Shown: positions 40,623-55,845 of the stretch, piece after piece
How positions within the stretch are numbered: the stretch's first letter is position 1
How the letters are laid out: each line of letters opens with the position of its first letter
From: Eledone cirrhosa
Taxonomy: Eukaryota
Direction: 5' to 3'
Assembly: GCA_964016885.1 (NCBI GenBank)
Contig: OZ024743.1
Span: 106,206,001 to 106,270,000 of the forward strand
Length of the DNA: 64,000 nt
Notes under the pieces: generated by a model
The model's database searches: none
Told to the model about the DNA's origin: nothing
What the model saw: only the letters and a program-made list of their open reading frames with translations
Translations under genes and position numbers: made by a program

Positions 40623-41049
40623 TATTAATATATGACGGCAATTAATACATCACAGTTGCTCTGTGGAATCGTAATAATGCCGGGAAATGTATATTGCTCT
40701 ATTTATTTCATGCTTTCTATTCTAGATTACAATCACAGCAACAGGGATCCATATGTAATCCTTTGCTCTGTCACATTACCTGTAACATCATAGGAGGAAA
40801 TCATATTCTATGTATTTACCCAAACACCCCAAATCCTAATACATATACATTCGAATTCATGATAAAATCGATATCCTAGGTTAAAATATATTCGGTGTAC
40901 ACATCAGACATTATTAGTGATATTTAATGAGATACTGAATGCTACAGTGTTTGGAGACCCATCTATATGTTTAATATCTAAATAACAGCAAACACTAAAC
41001 ATGTACGCACATAACATCCTTCCTTTTTCTATACAAAGTGATAACTTTA

Positions 41050-41720
41050 GTAATATCGTAGTTGGTAATTAAAAGAAAGATGTTCGCAATTACAGATCAA
41101 CGAAAATTGTAAACATAGGGAGAAGTATTTGAGAAAGATATGGGTTAATTAACAGAAGGCGTTATGCAGTGTTCGCCATAAGTGACTCTTTGAAAACTTA
41201 GCAAGGAATAACATGGTCGAAATAATAAGCAGATGATTCAAACGTATTATATGTAAATTGAATATAAATCTGCGACTACATTGAATAATAAATCCGGAAA
41301 CCCCATTCAGTTGATTAAACGTATTTCAATGAAACACATTCCCTTGACTTCGTTTCTGTCTAGCATTAACACCTTTAACAAAACATTGAACCAGATTGAA
41401 GCCGGAAGGAAACGCCATGGAAAGAAAATAGACCCTATGTTGTCCATGGATGAACACACAAACATCGAAGACGATTAACAAATATAATTTTTTCTTTGTG
41501 CTGTATAGATATTTAATTGAAGAATTGATATGCGATTCGGATTTCGAAATTGCGCCAAGGCAATTTTGAAGAGAAACTAAATTAAGAACATTAATACTTC
41601 TAGATAAAGAAACATAGATAGGAGGATTACGAAATAGACAGTTTTTGAAACGCTGATGTATTCATTAACGAGTTACAATACAGCACATGTTCAAATGAAA
41701 TAACTCTAGAAGATATAAAG
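41050..41720 (+). pseudogene. Decayed R4/Dong-like RT fragment
   Basis: WVN*QKALCSVRH (cf. WIDYKKAFDSVPH), FCLALTPLTK, KKIDPMLSMDE (cf. INHLLYMDD), DMRFGFRNCAKA (cf. MEFGLDKCAKA). Confidence 0.7.
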
Positions 41721-41799
41721 CTGAATTCATCATTACTCAACGGAAACGAAAAACTTTAATATTTCGTTTTATACTTATTCCTAATATCTTCTTTTCACT

Positions 41800-41813
41800 A
41801 TTATTATTATTAC

Positions 41814-41847
<34 letters not shown>

Positions 41848-42417
41848 GTTGTTATTCCTTGAATCTCAGTCATTGATGTTCGTTAACTGGAAAGTCCGTT
41901 GGAATGAATATCAAGCCACTACCTGCAGCCTCAGATATTCAGGACGTATCGGAGGGTTCTTGCTGTTCCAAGCAAGCATGCCTTTTGAAGCGTTCCAAAA
42001 AGCGTGAAGGGGCCGATTTTCTTTAACCATCCCTGGAAACTTTTGGAGATAGTCCCCAGTGCGCCTATGACAATCGGGATCACTTTGACTTCATGGCAGT
42101 TCCAAATCCTTTTCACCTCCCACTTTAGGTCCTGGTATCGGTTAATTTTCTCCCTCTCCTTCTCTTGCACTCTCGTTTCGAACGGGCAGGCCACATCCAC
42201 AATCAGACACGATCTTTTTTCTTTGTCCACAACCACCAGGTCAGGTCTATTGTGTTCCAGTTTTTTGTCCGTCTGTATCCTAAAATCCCACAGCACCTTC
42301 ACCTGATTGTTCTCCATCACCGCCTTCGGCCTATGCTCATACCATTTCTCAGAGTGTGGTAAAATGTTTACTTTGCACAGGTGCCAGTGGATCACCCTGC
42401 CCATCACATCGTGTCTC

Positions 42418-42418
<1 letters not shown>
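41800..42418 (-). mobile_element. 5'-truncated 3' fragment of R4/Dong family A within (AAT)n
   Basis: RHDVMGRVIHW...RPDLVV...RYVLNI is open; family A 3' UTR; (AAT)n on both sides. Confidence 0.92.
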
Positions 42419-42483
<65 letters not shown>

Positions 42484-42690
42484 AGGGCGGTGGTTTTCCA
42501 GTATCGGTAGACCGTCAGAGACCATGCTTTGCAGCATAGAGTTATGGCCCTTTGTGTTCTGAGTTCAAATCCGCCGAGGTTAACTTTGCCTTTTATCCTT
42601 ACGAGGTAGATAAAATAAAGTACCAGTTGTGCACTGGGTAATCGCTGGCCTTCTGCCAAAAGTAGAATCACTATTATTATTATTATATTT
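42484..42690 (+). mobile_element. Deu/Nin SINE, full length
   Basis: AGGGCGGTGG start, GAGTTCAAATCC B box, core TTGCCTTTTATCCTTACGAGGTAGATAAAATAAAGTACCAG, ATT tail. Confidence 0.87.
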
Positions 42691-42739
42691 GTGCTTTGCT
42701 CTGTCAAGACATATGTGAATATCGCTCCGTATGATTTCT

Positions 42740-45425
42740 TAATTTTCATTGCACTCATTGTCATATTTTTGTTAAATATTGTTGATAAGGTGCCACACAT
42801 TACACTGAGTCGGGTTAGGACCTAATTACAGGAAGCTGAATATGTCGTTGGCAGAAAATAATGCTTAAAGGGACCGGGTCAACAATTTAGTTAAGCAAAA
42901 GTTGACCGGAGGGCGTCTCAAAAGAGTGATTAGCGTAATGTCGCTAGGATTTGGCAAATGAGGAGCTGGTAGCTAATTTAGACGAGACTATTTCTAGTTG
43001 CATTACAACTGACGCGTTAGTGGCGGGAATAGCATGAGACGATTTTGTCGATGTGAAACACAAAGGTTGCATTGCCAGAGATAAGGCGCGTGCTCCAAGT
43101 AACGACGGAACAAAAGCTGTTCTTGGCTGAGGCGCAGCCTTGTAACAAAACCACAATTCCGACATTGACAGTCGGAGAAGAACGTGAGCTCAACGATTCT
43201 AGGCAGATGTGTGAGGCCTTCGCCAGCACTTTGTTCGGCTGTTCGTGGGAAGTGGTGAGTCGGAGACGGTGGCCACCACGTCTCTCGTCAGCCGATCCTG
43301 AGCAGTGCAAAAGACCGATAACTTCAGCCGAAATTCAAGAAGCCGTAGACGGCTGCACGAGGCGCAGGTCTCCCGGCTTGGAGGTTCTGACCTACGAGCT
43401 TTACATCGACATGCCAGACTTGTTCTCCGATACGCTTGAAGCCCTATACTGCAACGGGCAACAGAACGAGAGTATACCCAGTTCTGTGGGCCGAGGCTTA
43501 TTTATGCTGATGAGAAAAGACAAGGAGGAAACTTTAGATAATTTCAGGCCCATGACTCAACACTGTTTTAATATTTTGGCCAAGGTGTTAGCGAAGAGGT
43601 TGCCGTTTGTCGTCGAAGATTTTGTAGGAGTGGCGCAAACTTGCGCAATCCCGAGCAGGCCTATACTTGACAACCTCCACATCATAGAGAGGGTATGGTT
43701 TAAACATGGCCGGTGGAGCTCAAATCAATGTAGATCAATCGAAATCTTTCGTTAAGGGACGATCATCGATACTGGAGGCTGACCTCAAAGCAGCTAGCTA
43801 AGGTCGCGACTTCAGAGGCTGGATCTATGCAATTCACAGAGACATTTGCTCAATGATCTAAGTTAATGGACACATTGCGGAACCGTTTCAGATCCTCCGA
43901 TTAGTCCGTTAATAGTGTTCTCTCTGCTTCCTTCTCTATGTATTGAATTTCGCGCCTTTACGGAGGAAGCTGGAACAGTTGCAGGGCATCCGGCTCGAAC
44001 CAGGATGCGGAAAAGCTGTGACGGCTTATGCGCACGACATCACCGTGATGGTGTCGGACAGCTCAGAAATCGAGGTGGTGCGGCATCTTATTTGAGGAAT
44101 ATGAAGGTTTAACGGGATCGAAACCTAACCTGGAAAAGCTGGTGGGCTTGCAGCTCAGCACCTGGAGAGTCAAGTCTATGGCTTCCAACAGCATGTCGCT
44201 CGTTTACTACCACCTGAACATCATGCCTTGACCTCATTCGCCAAATTGGAACGGCTCCTATTCAACTTATGGTGGAGCGAGTAGGTTCCATTGGTAAGAC
44301 GGTCCATCTGCTGCCAACACCCTCTACGCAGAGAGCTGGGCATGCCGTTGCTAATGATGCGCAAATATGCGGTGAGGCTTCAAAATCTCCAGATATCCTG
44401 CCTAAACGGTGAACAGGTGTGGCCTCCGTTTCGAGACGGGCTTTCCTACGGCTGGTCTTTTTGACTGAGCTACAGAGCTACCGTCCTTGGTCAAGAAGAG
44501 ACCAAGACTGGGTGTCTGGCATCTAGAATGTTGCCACCCTTTACCAGATGGGCAATGCGGTCAGTGGACACTCCACTCTCGTGCTCTATAGAGGATAATG
44601 GTGGGCAAGTGCATAGACGCAGTCAGAGAGGTTCTGGGCGTCGAAGAAGTTGACCTGACTAGTCTGTTCCAGTAATTCCTTGCGTAGCAGTGCTAACAGA
44701 GGGAACTGCCGTTTCGAGATAAACTCTACAAGCACGGAGGTGTTGTCAGATGGACCTGCCCCAGATGTGCCCAGAGCGACGAAACCGTCCATTTTCCGTG
44801 CATTACTGACTTGTGTAGTTATGTCGAACGGCTCTTGTCGCGTGTAGAACGGAACCGGCTATTGGCCGAGTCTATCGTGAAGATCGACCCGCCACTTTCA
44901 TTTGGCCGGGAGGACGAGCAATTTTCCTCTGCCTGGTGGCGGTAGCGAAAGATGTTGTGTGGTGGACCAGGTTGAGAGGACTGAAGACTGACACTTTTTT
45001 CTTCGGCTAATCCCTGATCAACCTTTTCAAATTTCTCTTGGAAAGAATGTGAGGGTCGAGACAGAAGTGCTGCCCCCAGTACATTTGCTAACAGGTGGGT
45101 AAATGTGGTTAGAATGGCGCGGGTGAATGGGCCTACTCGGAGCGTGCGTCTGTAGGCTGGTTAATTTGGGTAGGAGAGGAGTGCCCTTCCCTGATGCCCT
45201 CGAAGCGTCGGGTGGTTTAATATTGGTGGGGTACCTGAGTCGGCCCAGGGTAGATACACCGCCCCCCATTATTGGGATATTTTAATTGTTGTTTTCTTAT
45301 GACTATTTTGTTACTTTCATTCATATTGTTTACAGGTATTCCTCTAAAAAACCCACTGCCTGTGTCTTTTGTATTGTCCCCTATATGTCGGACCTCGTGG
45401 CCAATAACGTAATTATCGTTATTAT
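42740..45425 (+). mobile_element. Older degenerate Tx1-like LINE (5'-truncated, related subfamily)
   Basis: ITSAEIQEA..RSPGLEVLTYELY and DNFRPM..NILAKVLAKRL; collinear with 33000-35530; 3' end CTCGTGGCCAATAACGTAATTATC. Confidence 0.85.
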
Positions 45426-45752
45426 CATGAACAACACCATCATCATTAGTAACATTTGCCGCGCGTTCTTACTGTGTTACAGAGCACACCTCAGTGCGCA
45501 TTGGGTATGTGGAGTTTAGTTTTTTTGTGTTGTTTCTATTTTATTGAGTGTAGTCCTAGTTATCTGCGTGTATTGGCAATTAATGCAATTTTTGTATGCT
45601 GTATATATTTGTGCCTCCTGACATTTTGGTTACGTATCTGTGTCTGTGTGTAACTATTATAGATATTGTTTCTGTTTTCATTATCGACATTTGCTATCTC
45701 TAGATTGTTATGTTTGAATAATTTTTCCATTTCCTTTTGTACTAAACTTGAT

Positions 45753-45846
45753 ACAAAATTTGACTAAGAGAAAATATTTGTAGGTGACAAAATGACTGAA
45801 CAAAATTTGACTAAGAGAAAATATTTGTAGGTGACAAAATGACTGA
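45753..45846. repeat. Perfect 47-bp tandem duplication
   Basis: ACAAAATTTGACTAAGAGAAAATATTTGTAGGTGACAAAATGACTGA occurs twice. Confidence 0.95.
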
Positions 45847-47464
45847 CCTTGCGTATAATATTCAGCGTAATTTAAACAATCCGATTTCTGTTTTCACTTG
45901 GCATGTCTTCATATTTTTACAATAGTTTTCTACTATCACTATCAGTGTTGCAAGTGAAATCTGTATACATACGTTATAATTTATTGTTCATACAAATAGC
46001 AGCTGTTTATTAGAAGGAAAAAAGCCGATAATTTTGACATTAGTTTTAGACTGGGACATTACTTTAGTCACCCCAGAAAATTACAGGCAACCTTGTTGGT
46101 ATTCGCAATCAGGACGTAGATAGCCGAAACAAATACTGCCGATGAATAGGCCTCTATGCATACATTATAAGCAGAGATTGAATATCCGAGAGCTGGAGAA
46201 AATAAAGTGAAACTAAGTTTTAAAATAATAGTAATTATATTCACCTTAGCAGATAATGTAACATAATACAATCATAGCTATCAGGTTAATGTCGATACAT
46301 GTCGAATCAACGTTGAAATTCTACGTCGAAGCAGCCATGAATTATAATTCATTTTCCAAATAGATACTCACGTTGCATTCTGAGGTTGAACCAACAGCCA
46401 TATGTGGACTTTAAATAAACGTTGAAACAGAGTTTATTTAATATAAAATGTCAGCTAGTATTTGCACGTTGATTAAACATTGAATAAACGTTGACTTGAA
46501 TAAACATTGGATTATGATTCATTTCAAAAATTAAGTTGGGTATTCAAAGCTGATATTAAATAAGCATGTTATGTGGATCCTAGATAAATATTGAAACATG
46601 TTGCATTTTCTATGGAAAATATTCGGACGATAAGTTTTAAGTATTTTTGTAGCTTTAATATTTAATTCTCAATGTGAAAACAAACATAGTCAGAGCTCTA
46701 GTTCATTAGCTTCATATACATTCAGAGACTAATTTATAATTTTATGAGAAATACCAGCGTCTCTCAAAGAGACATATCTTGGCGCAGTTTGATCAAAACA
46801 TTTTTCTAATAATATCCCATTGCTATTTATGCCAGAACTGGAAGCAAAATAAGTTTGCGAAAAAATCACATTTAGTGTTCTGACACGTTATTTGCTTACT
46901 TATTCATATAAAAAGACATATGTATATCTGCTTTTCAGATATTAAATCAAAACAAAACAAAAATTATATTTACCTCTTTTACGGGGTTTTGATTAGATAA
47001 CTTTGTTCTATTTCTGTAATTTTCTCATCTTCACAACTTAAAGTGTGCAGTATTTATGGTTTTTACTGCTGTTGTTGCTGATATATTGGAGTTGTAAAAA
47101 TTGCAAAAAAACAAACTTTGAAGTTTGATTATGATATATAACACGAAAACTCAGTGACGGAAAGGTAAGCTAATTACACTGCTTAGAAAGCATAACTTAA
47201 ATTATATTTGTTGTTAAAAGAAGCAATACATAAATACATGAAGATATTTACGTCGACAAAAATGTAATATTATGACAAAAGAACAAGAATAGAAATGGAA
47301 TAATATCTACGTAGATCGGCAAACAGTTCTGATAAAAAAAAAACATAGAGTGGAATAGCTCGAAGTGTTGAAACGTTTCAGAATACAAAATGTGTTGATT
47401 TTAGTTACTCATACACAACTCATAACCAGTAAAAGCAACCAATAAAATGTTTCCTGATTTACTC

Positions 47465-47820
47465 ACAAGGCCAGAAATTTAGCAATGGGGGAAAGCCGGT
47501 TATATCAATCCAATGCGTGGTTGGTACAATATTCTATCGATTCTGGAAAAACGAAAGACGATTTTGAATTCAATGGAATTTGAAACCAGAAAGTATTTGA
47601 TCATAGACGAAACGATTGATTTCTAATACAGAAGAAACGATTGATTTATAATACAGGCGTAAGGGCATATACTTCACTGGTAATATGTTCTGTACCACGG
47701 AATGCTGAAAATCACAGTTCTCCACGGTGGGTTTTCGGACATTCAACATCTACCACGAAGCATTTCATTCGATGCTCAAACAATTCTGCAAGTCCACCAC
47801 CCTACAACCAAAATTATTTG
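47465..47820 (-). mobile_element. Degenerate, fragmented Deu/Nin SINE(s)
   Basis: Reverse-complement relics AAGGCCAGAAATTT, GGTACAATATTCTATCGA and GGAATTTGAAACCAGAA. Confidence 0.5.
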
Positions 47821-48290
47821 ATAAAACATGCCGTTAAATGAACTATTGATATCTATGGTTATGGCCAGTATATAATTGCATTCATTTAGCAATCAAAATA
47901 ATGCATCGGCTTTCAACTCGATTAATAATTCCCAAAGCACCTATTATTATCACTCGTTTTATTTTTAATACCAGAATTCTGTATAGCTCTATTTCCAGAG
48001 CGTTCTATTTAGATAAGCTCTGAATTTTGTAGAGATATATATTGTTGTCTACTGAACTGAGAGATCAATTAAGACACAATTGTTTTCCTGATGATCCTTG
48101 ACAGTAATGTCCTAATTTGTAAAAAGGCAAAATTGGAGAGAAGGTAAAATGTCTGATGGAACGATTTGTGTTATTCGTTTCGGCTATCTGAGTTCATATA
48201 CCGCCAACATCAACTTTGCATTTAATAAAAAAAATGTACCAGTGCTCTACTGCAATCGATTCCTTTTCTTTTATCTATATTTCCTCCCCG

Positions 48291-48379
<89 letters not shown>

Positions 48380-48949
48380 ATTTTCGTCTCTGGAAGGTAC
48401 CTGCTGGTCCTGGAAATAAAATAGTATGTACCAGATTTCAAATGTTCAAGACACCCCCTATATCACGGCGGTGCCCTTGTGACTCCATAACGTATCCATA
48501 CACGTATACATCTTTATGTGATGTCTATGAATGTTACCTGTTCCGCAGGCATTACCTCGGTTATTTTGCAGTGAATGAGTATAGTATTTCGGCTCAGTAA
48601 TGATATCAAGATACTTGCACATCATTCACTATATCCAAATTCAGACTTGTATATTCTATTTTTTCGAATATTAGGAATCCCAGAAAGAATGAGATGCAAT
48701 ATTTCCTTAATTGTGCCACATTATCGGTAGTTCTGTTTTGTAACGGATTAAGCGCATTCTCCGATAATTTCATCCACTCTCAGATTCAAATGGAAAATAC
48801 CACATATTTATGTCAAATGCCATCAGATTCACTAGGCCAGTGTTTATGGTCAGTTTCATTTTTCGTCGTCGTAAAGTGACTGCGAGTGGGAAGCACCCCC
48901 CTTCCTGGATATGCTACCTGTCCATCGCAGTTCTAATAACAAAATATTG

Positions 48950-49100
48950 ATGGTAGTTATTATAAACTGAGTGTATGGGAGCAACGTGAAATGAAGTGTT
49001 CTGTTCATAATCAGAATGCGCTATATGGCGTAAGGACAGAGACCATGATATTTGGATTTTAAGTCCAGCATCGTATTCAATAGGAAACGACGCTTCATTA
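48950..49100 (-). mobile_element. Degenerate second-family SINE
   Basis: CTGAGTGTATGGGAGCAACGTGAAATGAAGTGT motif. Confidence 0.55.
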
Positions 49101-49459
49101 TGTAAAATTATTTTGAGATGGTGAAGTTTACTGCATTAACCCATATACGTTTCTCCATCATAGACTGTAGCCCAGTTTGGAATTTGCTATACAAAGAAGA
49201 GTTATTTTCTCTAGCATTATATCATGACAGTAATATATCCCATGTATTAGAGTGAGGAAGTTTTCATAATTTTTCCTATGTTTTAATATTTCCGGATATT
49301 CCTTTCAAGGAATATCCGGAGATATTTATATAATTTGTGTAAAGCACAAAGAAGAAGAATCGGGCTGTTTAGAACAAAAATAATAAGTAACATTAAATCG
49401 CATAGAAAAACAAATCGTCCATTTTTTTTATAATGACGGCATTTACACACACACACACA

Positions 49460-49549
<90 letters not shown>

Positions 49550-49589
49550 GAGAAATAATATACTATATATATATATATATAATATATAT

Positions 49590-49875
49590 TTGTAGTAAGG
49601 TTGCTTGGATGCGTCCATGGACGGTATGCCGGTTGAACACTCTATACTCCTTCGGAAATGGTCAGTGGGGAGATTTGAATGGTCAAACACACAGATGACG
49701 TCTCGAACAATCAACCATTCGACGGGCCGCGCAAACAAGATGATGGCTATGATAGACATTCGAAGCAGAAAGAGGATTTGCTTCTAAATCACTAGATGTA
49801 TCTGAAGAACTTGCGAATCCAGAGTCAGGTTCGATCTACAAACAGATCGCACCTCGAGCTGTTCGCCGGAGAAAC
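49590..49875 (+). pseudogene. Tc1-like transposase N-terminal (HTH) relic
   Basis: STGRANKM (cf. RSGRPRK), RFASKSLDVSEEL and IAPRAVRRR (cf. ISxxTVRRRL) across frameshifts. Confidence 0.45.
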
Positions 49876-50149
49876 AATTGTAATACATAATACATTGTGT
49901 TCTGATGCATCACTGATTCTTCGTTTTCCATATTATATTTTATATATATATATGCGTTGATGTATTTCACAGAACATATATGTATGTTTAGTGTGCTATG
50001 TAATATTTGTTTTTGTGTTTTATGTAGCGCTTGAGGTTCAAGGCAAAGTAAGAAGAGCAAACGACGGGGAGTTGAGAGAGAGAAGATAGAACATAATAAC
50101 ATTTTAAAACGAGATAAAACTTGTTTAAAAAACTGCACCTTGAGGAAGG

Positions 50150-51650
50150 ACAGAGACTCAATGCAGAAGTTCCCTCAGCGGTCACTCCCCACTCCTTGAA
50201 TTCCATACCAACAATACTTTCTCCATGAATAAATAAAAAAAAACCGACCTACATGCAAGCCAGAGGATTTATGGTGGGGTTCTGACTTAGCCGCACGCTG
50301 GCAACCGTAACAATGGATAGCCTGAAACGAAAAGTACTTCAGACCTGGCAACACATGACGTTTTACCGTCCAGAGAGACGTAGATGATGCACTTGGGCTA
50401 ACCCATTCCAGTGACGCGGCGGAAGAAATATATACAATATTTAATGAAGTGCAAAACACCATCAAATTCTTCATCGAAAACGCAACAGCTGATAATTTTA
50501 GCCTTACAGCTTCTATGATAAAGTGGCGAGCAGAGATGATTAGCTCCACACTGGCTCGGGCTATCTGCAAAGCCTAGAACACTACGTGACCAAGAAGGGA
50601 CTTATACTCTGTACAAACAGATGTAACAAGACCATCCTAGCAAGGTCCGTGCTGTTAAAGTAAAGCAAGAAATACGCTTTAAAATCCGTTGTCGAGAATA
50701 AAAGAGCAAAACATAAACATAGCCTTAGACACCACAAGCCAACACCAAGCAAAACGCGTAGTCCTAATAGCTACCACAACCACTTACATACCAACAACAA
50801 CGATGACAGACATCAAAACCGACAAGAATAAAGAAATGAGAGAACAGAGACGAAATCTAAGAATACATTGATCTTGAAAAGAGGCAGATATTCGTCTGTG
50901 AATAGGTATCAAAATATCAGGCCTCCCAGTGTGCGTAACAAGACTTGGGAGGACGTTCAGACAACACACCAACAGAGCATAGCAGAAGGCGCCTGTTGAC
51001 TTCGGAGATAGCGACTCAGAAAATATACTCGACAAAAATAAGCAACTAAAACGATACAAAACCAAAAAAACTGAGATACCAGGCTGTGTATTACAACGCT
51101 TCCGAGTGCAATGGCTCAATTCAAAAGCAGATGTGGATAAGCATAACCTCAAAGATATTTGTGGAGCAATAAATACAGTTGATGTACAAATAGAGGAAGC
51201 ATATTTTATCACGAAGTGGGTACCTGCTCTCAAACTTTGTATTGAACTGGAGACATTGAAATAAATATAAACATACTCCGACGGGTAATTTGCCAAGCCT
51301 GTAATATACTAGTCTAATGTATAATTATAGATCAGAAAGAATTCACTATGAAGTCACATATAGTAACCCATCAACAAGTCTCACAAACTGTAACCCAGTA
51401 AGCATTCACAGTTACTACACTAACACTAATCGTAATAATAAATCTAACCCTAAAATCAACTCTAACACACTCATCATTCTACACCTCTACCTTCAGATAA
51501 ACGAGAAATAAAACAAAATGAATATCGTTTTGAAACAAGTTTGATCTGGTTTATTGTATTTTATTATATTTTAGCTTCTCTCTCTCACCTCCCTATAGCT
51601 ACTCTCCATACCTTGCCCTGAACCGGCCGAATTATAAAAAAAACAAAACC
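50150..51650 (+). mobile_element. Highly decayed Penelope-like element
   Basis: GFMVGF*LSRTLA (cf. GxxMGSPLSPxLA); RDVDDALGL...EEIYTIFNEVQNTIKFFIE (RYVDD...IKFTxE); C-terminus VDVQIEEAYFITKWVPALKLCIEL. Confidence 0.6.
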
Positions 51651-51679
51651 AAAACGCAATGCCCCCCCCCTCCCCCCCC

Positions 51680-53370
<1,691 letters not shown>

Positions 53371-54541
53371 TATGAGCTTGTACTGTGCGTGTTATAATGA
53401 GTTATGATCTCAGATATAAACTATGAGACAGGGTGAACGTAATAAATGATAATTTAATGGAGATATAATGCTAATGATTTCTGAATAAGTGCAAGGATAT
53501 AAGAACAAATAAAATTAGAAGACAACTATAATAGAAATATTAATAATAAATTAGGCAACTTCTAAAGTGGGGAGGGAAGAAAGTCGATTAAAATAACCAT
53601 GTAGTAGATTGGTTTATTATATTTTTTAATCCAGTACGACGACAAATTTTACCTAAGCGGAATTATAATTTGGTTTAATATCACCTGCCACAAAAAAACC
53701 TCGTTCTCATTTCTATTTATCAAATATAATTATGCTTCTGTTATATATGAGAGCACCTGATTTGATTCTTTGATTTCCCGCTTCTCCGCCTTTCTCACTT
53801 CCTCTCGACGGCCATGTCTTTCAACTCTTTATCTTTATCTCTCACGCCCTCTCCAACCCCCATCTCTACTCTCTCTTATCTCTAACTCTCCTTCAATCAC
53901 TCTCAATCCCTCTATCTCTATCTCTCCCTCTCTCTATCCTCCCCCTATCTATACCCCCCCCCCATCTCTCTACATCTTTATCTTTCCCTACCTATCCAGG
54001 CTAGGCGCAAGCCACATTCATCTTGTTCGACCTGGTATCACTCTCATCACTCTATAACCAATAAAAAAGATCACGGAATTTTCTGATACATACTAACAAA
54101 TGCATTAAAATTCAATGTAAAAAAAACCTAGTGCGTAGAACCCAATTCGGTATGCCAGGAAGTTACAATCTTTCATGGTAGGTTTTCGTGGTTCAGTTTG
54201 CACAGGCGGAGAGCATTTGGGATGTGTACCTATCTAGCGTTATATATATATATCTAGATATGCTTGAAATACCCCGCTCGAGTCCTGTATGTTATAATTA
54301 ATTAAGTATGAACTATTTCGTTTTAAGGATCCTTTTTCTTAGATATAGGGTGTGATCGACAGACATACATTCACGACGTCCGCGATATTCCGGAAATGTC
54401 TGGATCTCGTAATACGGACATCTCCCTCTTATTGAGGTATTCCCTTTGTTTAATTGTTACCTTTCATTTTAACTATTGCTAAATCTGTTTACACGCAAAA
54501 CCCACCAGCCTACACAGGCAATCACAAACACACAATATGTT

Positions 54542-54615
54542 TCCGTCCTGTACCGTCCCAATGTTTCCTTGAGACTAACGCTTGTGGTGAATAAAGAAAC
54601 CATTTGTATTATTAT
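54542..54615 (+). mobile_element. Very short Tx1-like 3' end
   Basis: GTCCTGTACCGTCC...CTTGTGGTGAATAAAGAAACCATT matches 597-670. Confidence 0.6.
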
Positions 54616-54626
54616 TTATATTATAT

Positions 54627-55035
54627 AAGGCCGGTGGATTGGCAGTATCGGTAGAGGGTCGGACACCATGCTTTCCAGCATAGTTACGTCCCTTTTCGGT
54701 TTGAATTCAAATCCCGTCGAGAGTAACTTTGCCTTTCATCCTTAGAGGGTCGATAAAATAAAGTACCAGTAATGCACTGGGATAATTGCTGGCCTTGTGC
54801 CAAAAGTAGAAACAATTATTATATAAGGGCGGTGGATAGTAGTATAGAAAGAATGTCGGGCACCATGCTTTGTAGCATGTGATTACGTCCCTTTACATTC
54901 AGAGTTCAAATCCCGCCGAAGTTATTTTTGCTTTACTTACTGATTGGGTCGATGAAATAATGTACTAGGGTCGATTTAATGGACTTTCCTTTCCTCAAAA
55001 ATTCTTGGCCTTCTGCTTAAATCAGAAACCATTAG
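54627..55035 (+). mobile_element. Two head-to-tail Deu/Nin SINEs (54627-54822 and 54826-55035)
   Basis: Each has a GG(G/C)CGGTGGAT start, a TTCAAATCCCG B box, a GGGTCGAT.AAATAA.GTAC core and an AGAAAC.ATTA end. Confidence 0.85.
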
Positions 55036-55639
55036 TATATAGATAAGCTGTTGGATTTGCTTTAAACTAATATGATACCTAATCAAATGAATAAATGAAT
55101 AATACGGGAGAGATATGATTTTATTGGAAATTGAGACAAAAATAGTTGACACGAAGAATTCTATGCTAATAAGGAAGTTAATTTTTCAAAATGTACCACG
55201 TGTAATTCCAATAATTGTTTTCCAATATTCCACTTGCTAGTGAAGTGAGAAAAAACTGCAGGCAGTTCAACAGCTTCCACTAATTGAAATAAATCATTAC
55301 AAGCTTGTCAGTTGTATTTTGTCCATAGTTAAATATATAATGTTTAGTTTTATTTTACAAATTGGTTGCATCTTAATTTCACCTTCACTGACGGTCATAA
55401 CATTGTATTTTTAGATTACGTGTGCCACAATAGCTAAAATATGTGGAAATATTTTAGAATTTATATAATACAAAATTTATTTCATAACACAATTATAATC
55501 ATTATTGTATGTTTGTTTATATATTCATGTACTCATAATGCTTGGTGGAATCATAGGCTCGTCGTATAACATACGGCTTTTCTTGGGTGTTTTTAAATCC
55601 TGGTGAAGCCAGTTGAAGACCATATCTCTCCAGGTTTGA

Positions 55640-55845
55640 GAAATAACGAGGGGCAGAGTGGAAAAGAGAAAGATATATAGACGTGAAATCGACACCAGTG
55701 TTGAACTGCTAATTTTCATGCACACCTTGAAAGATTCAAGGCAAAGTTGATTTCGTGGGGATTTGAAATCAGAGAGCCGGAACATATACCGCAAAACATC
55801 CGATCCGATGTTTGATCGGCCCAACCCATTGAACAGCGCTAATAA
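55640..55845 (-). mobile_element. Degenerate Deu/Nin SINE
   Basis: AAGGCAAAGTTGATTTCGTGGGGATTTGAAATCAGAGAGC is the reverse complement of the SINE B box and core start. Confidence 0.55.

Noticed and set aside
41931-42800. 289-aa ORF with poly-Ile fused to an RLE domain (likewise 29579..30028)
   Set aside because: Chance read-through from an antisense SINE or neighbouring UTR across (ATA)n into a truncated LINE end.
51490-51550. Hammerhead-like stems in the decayed PLE 3' region
   Set aside because: The CTGANGA core is absent.
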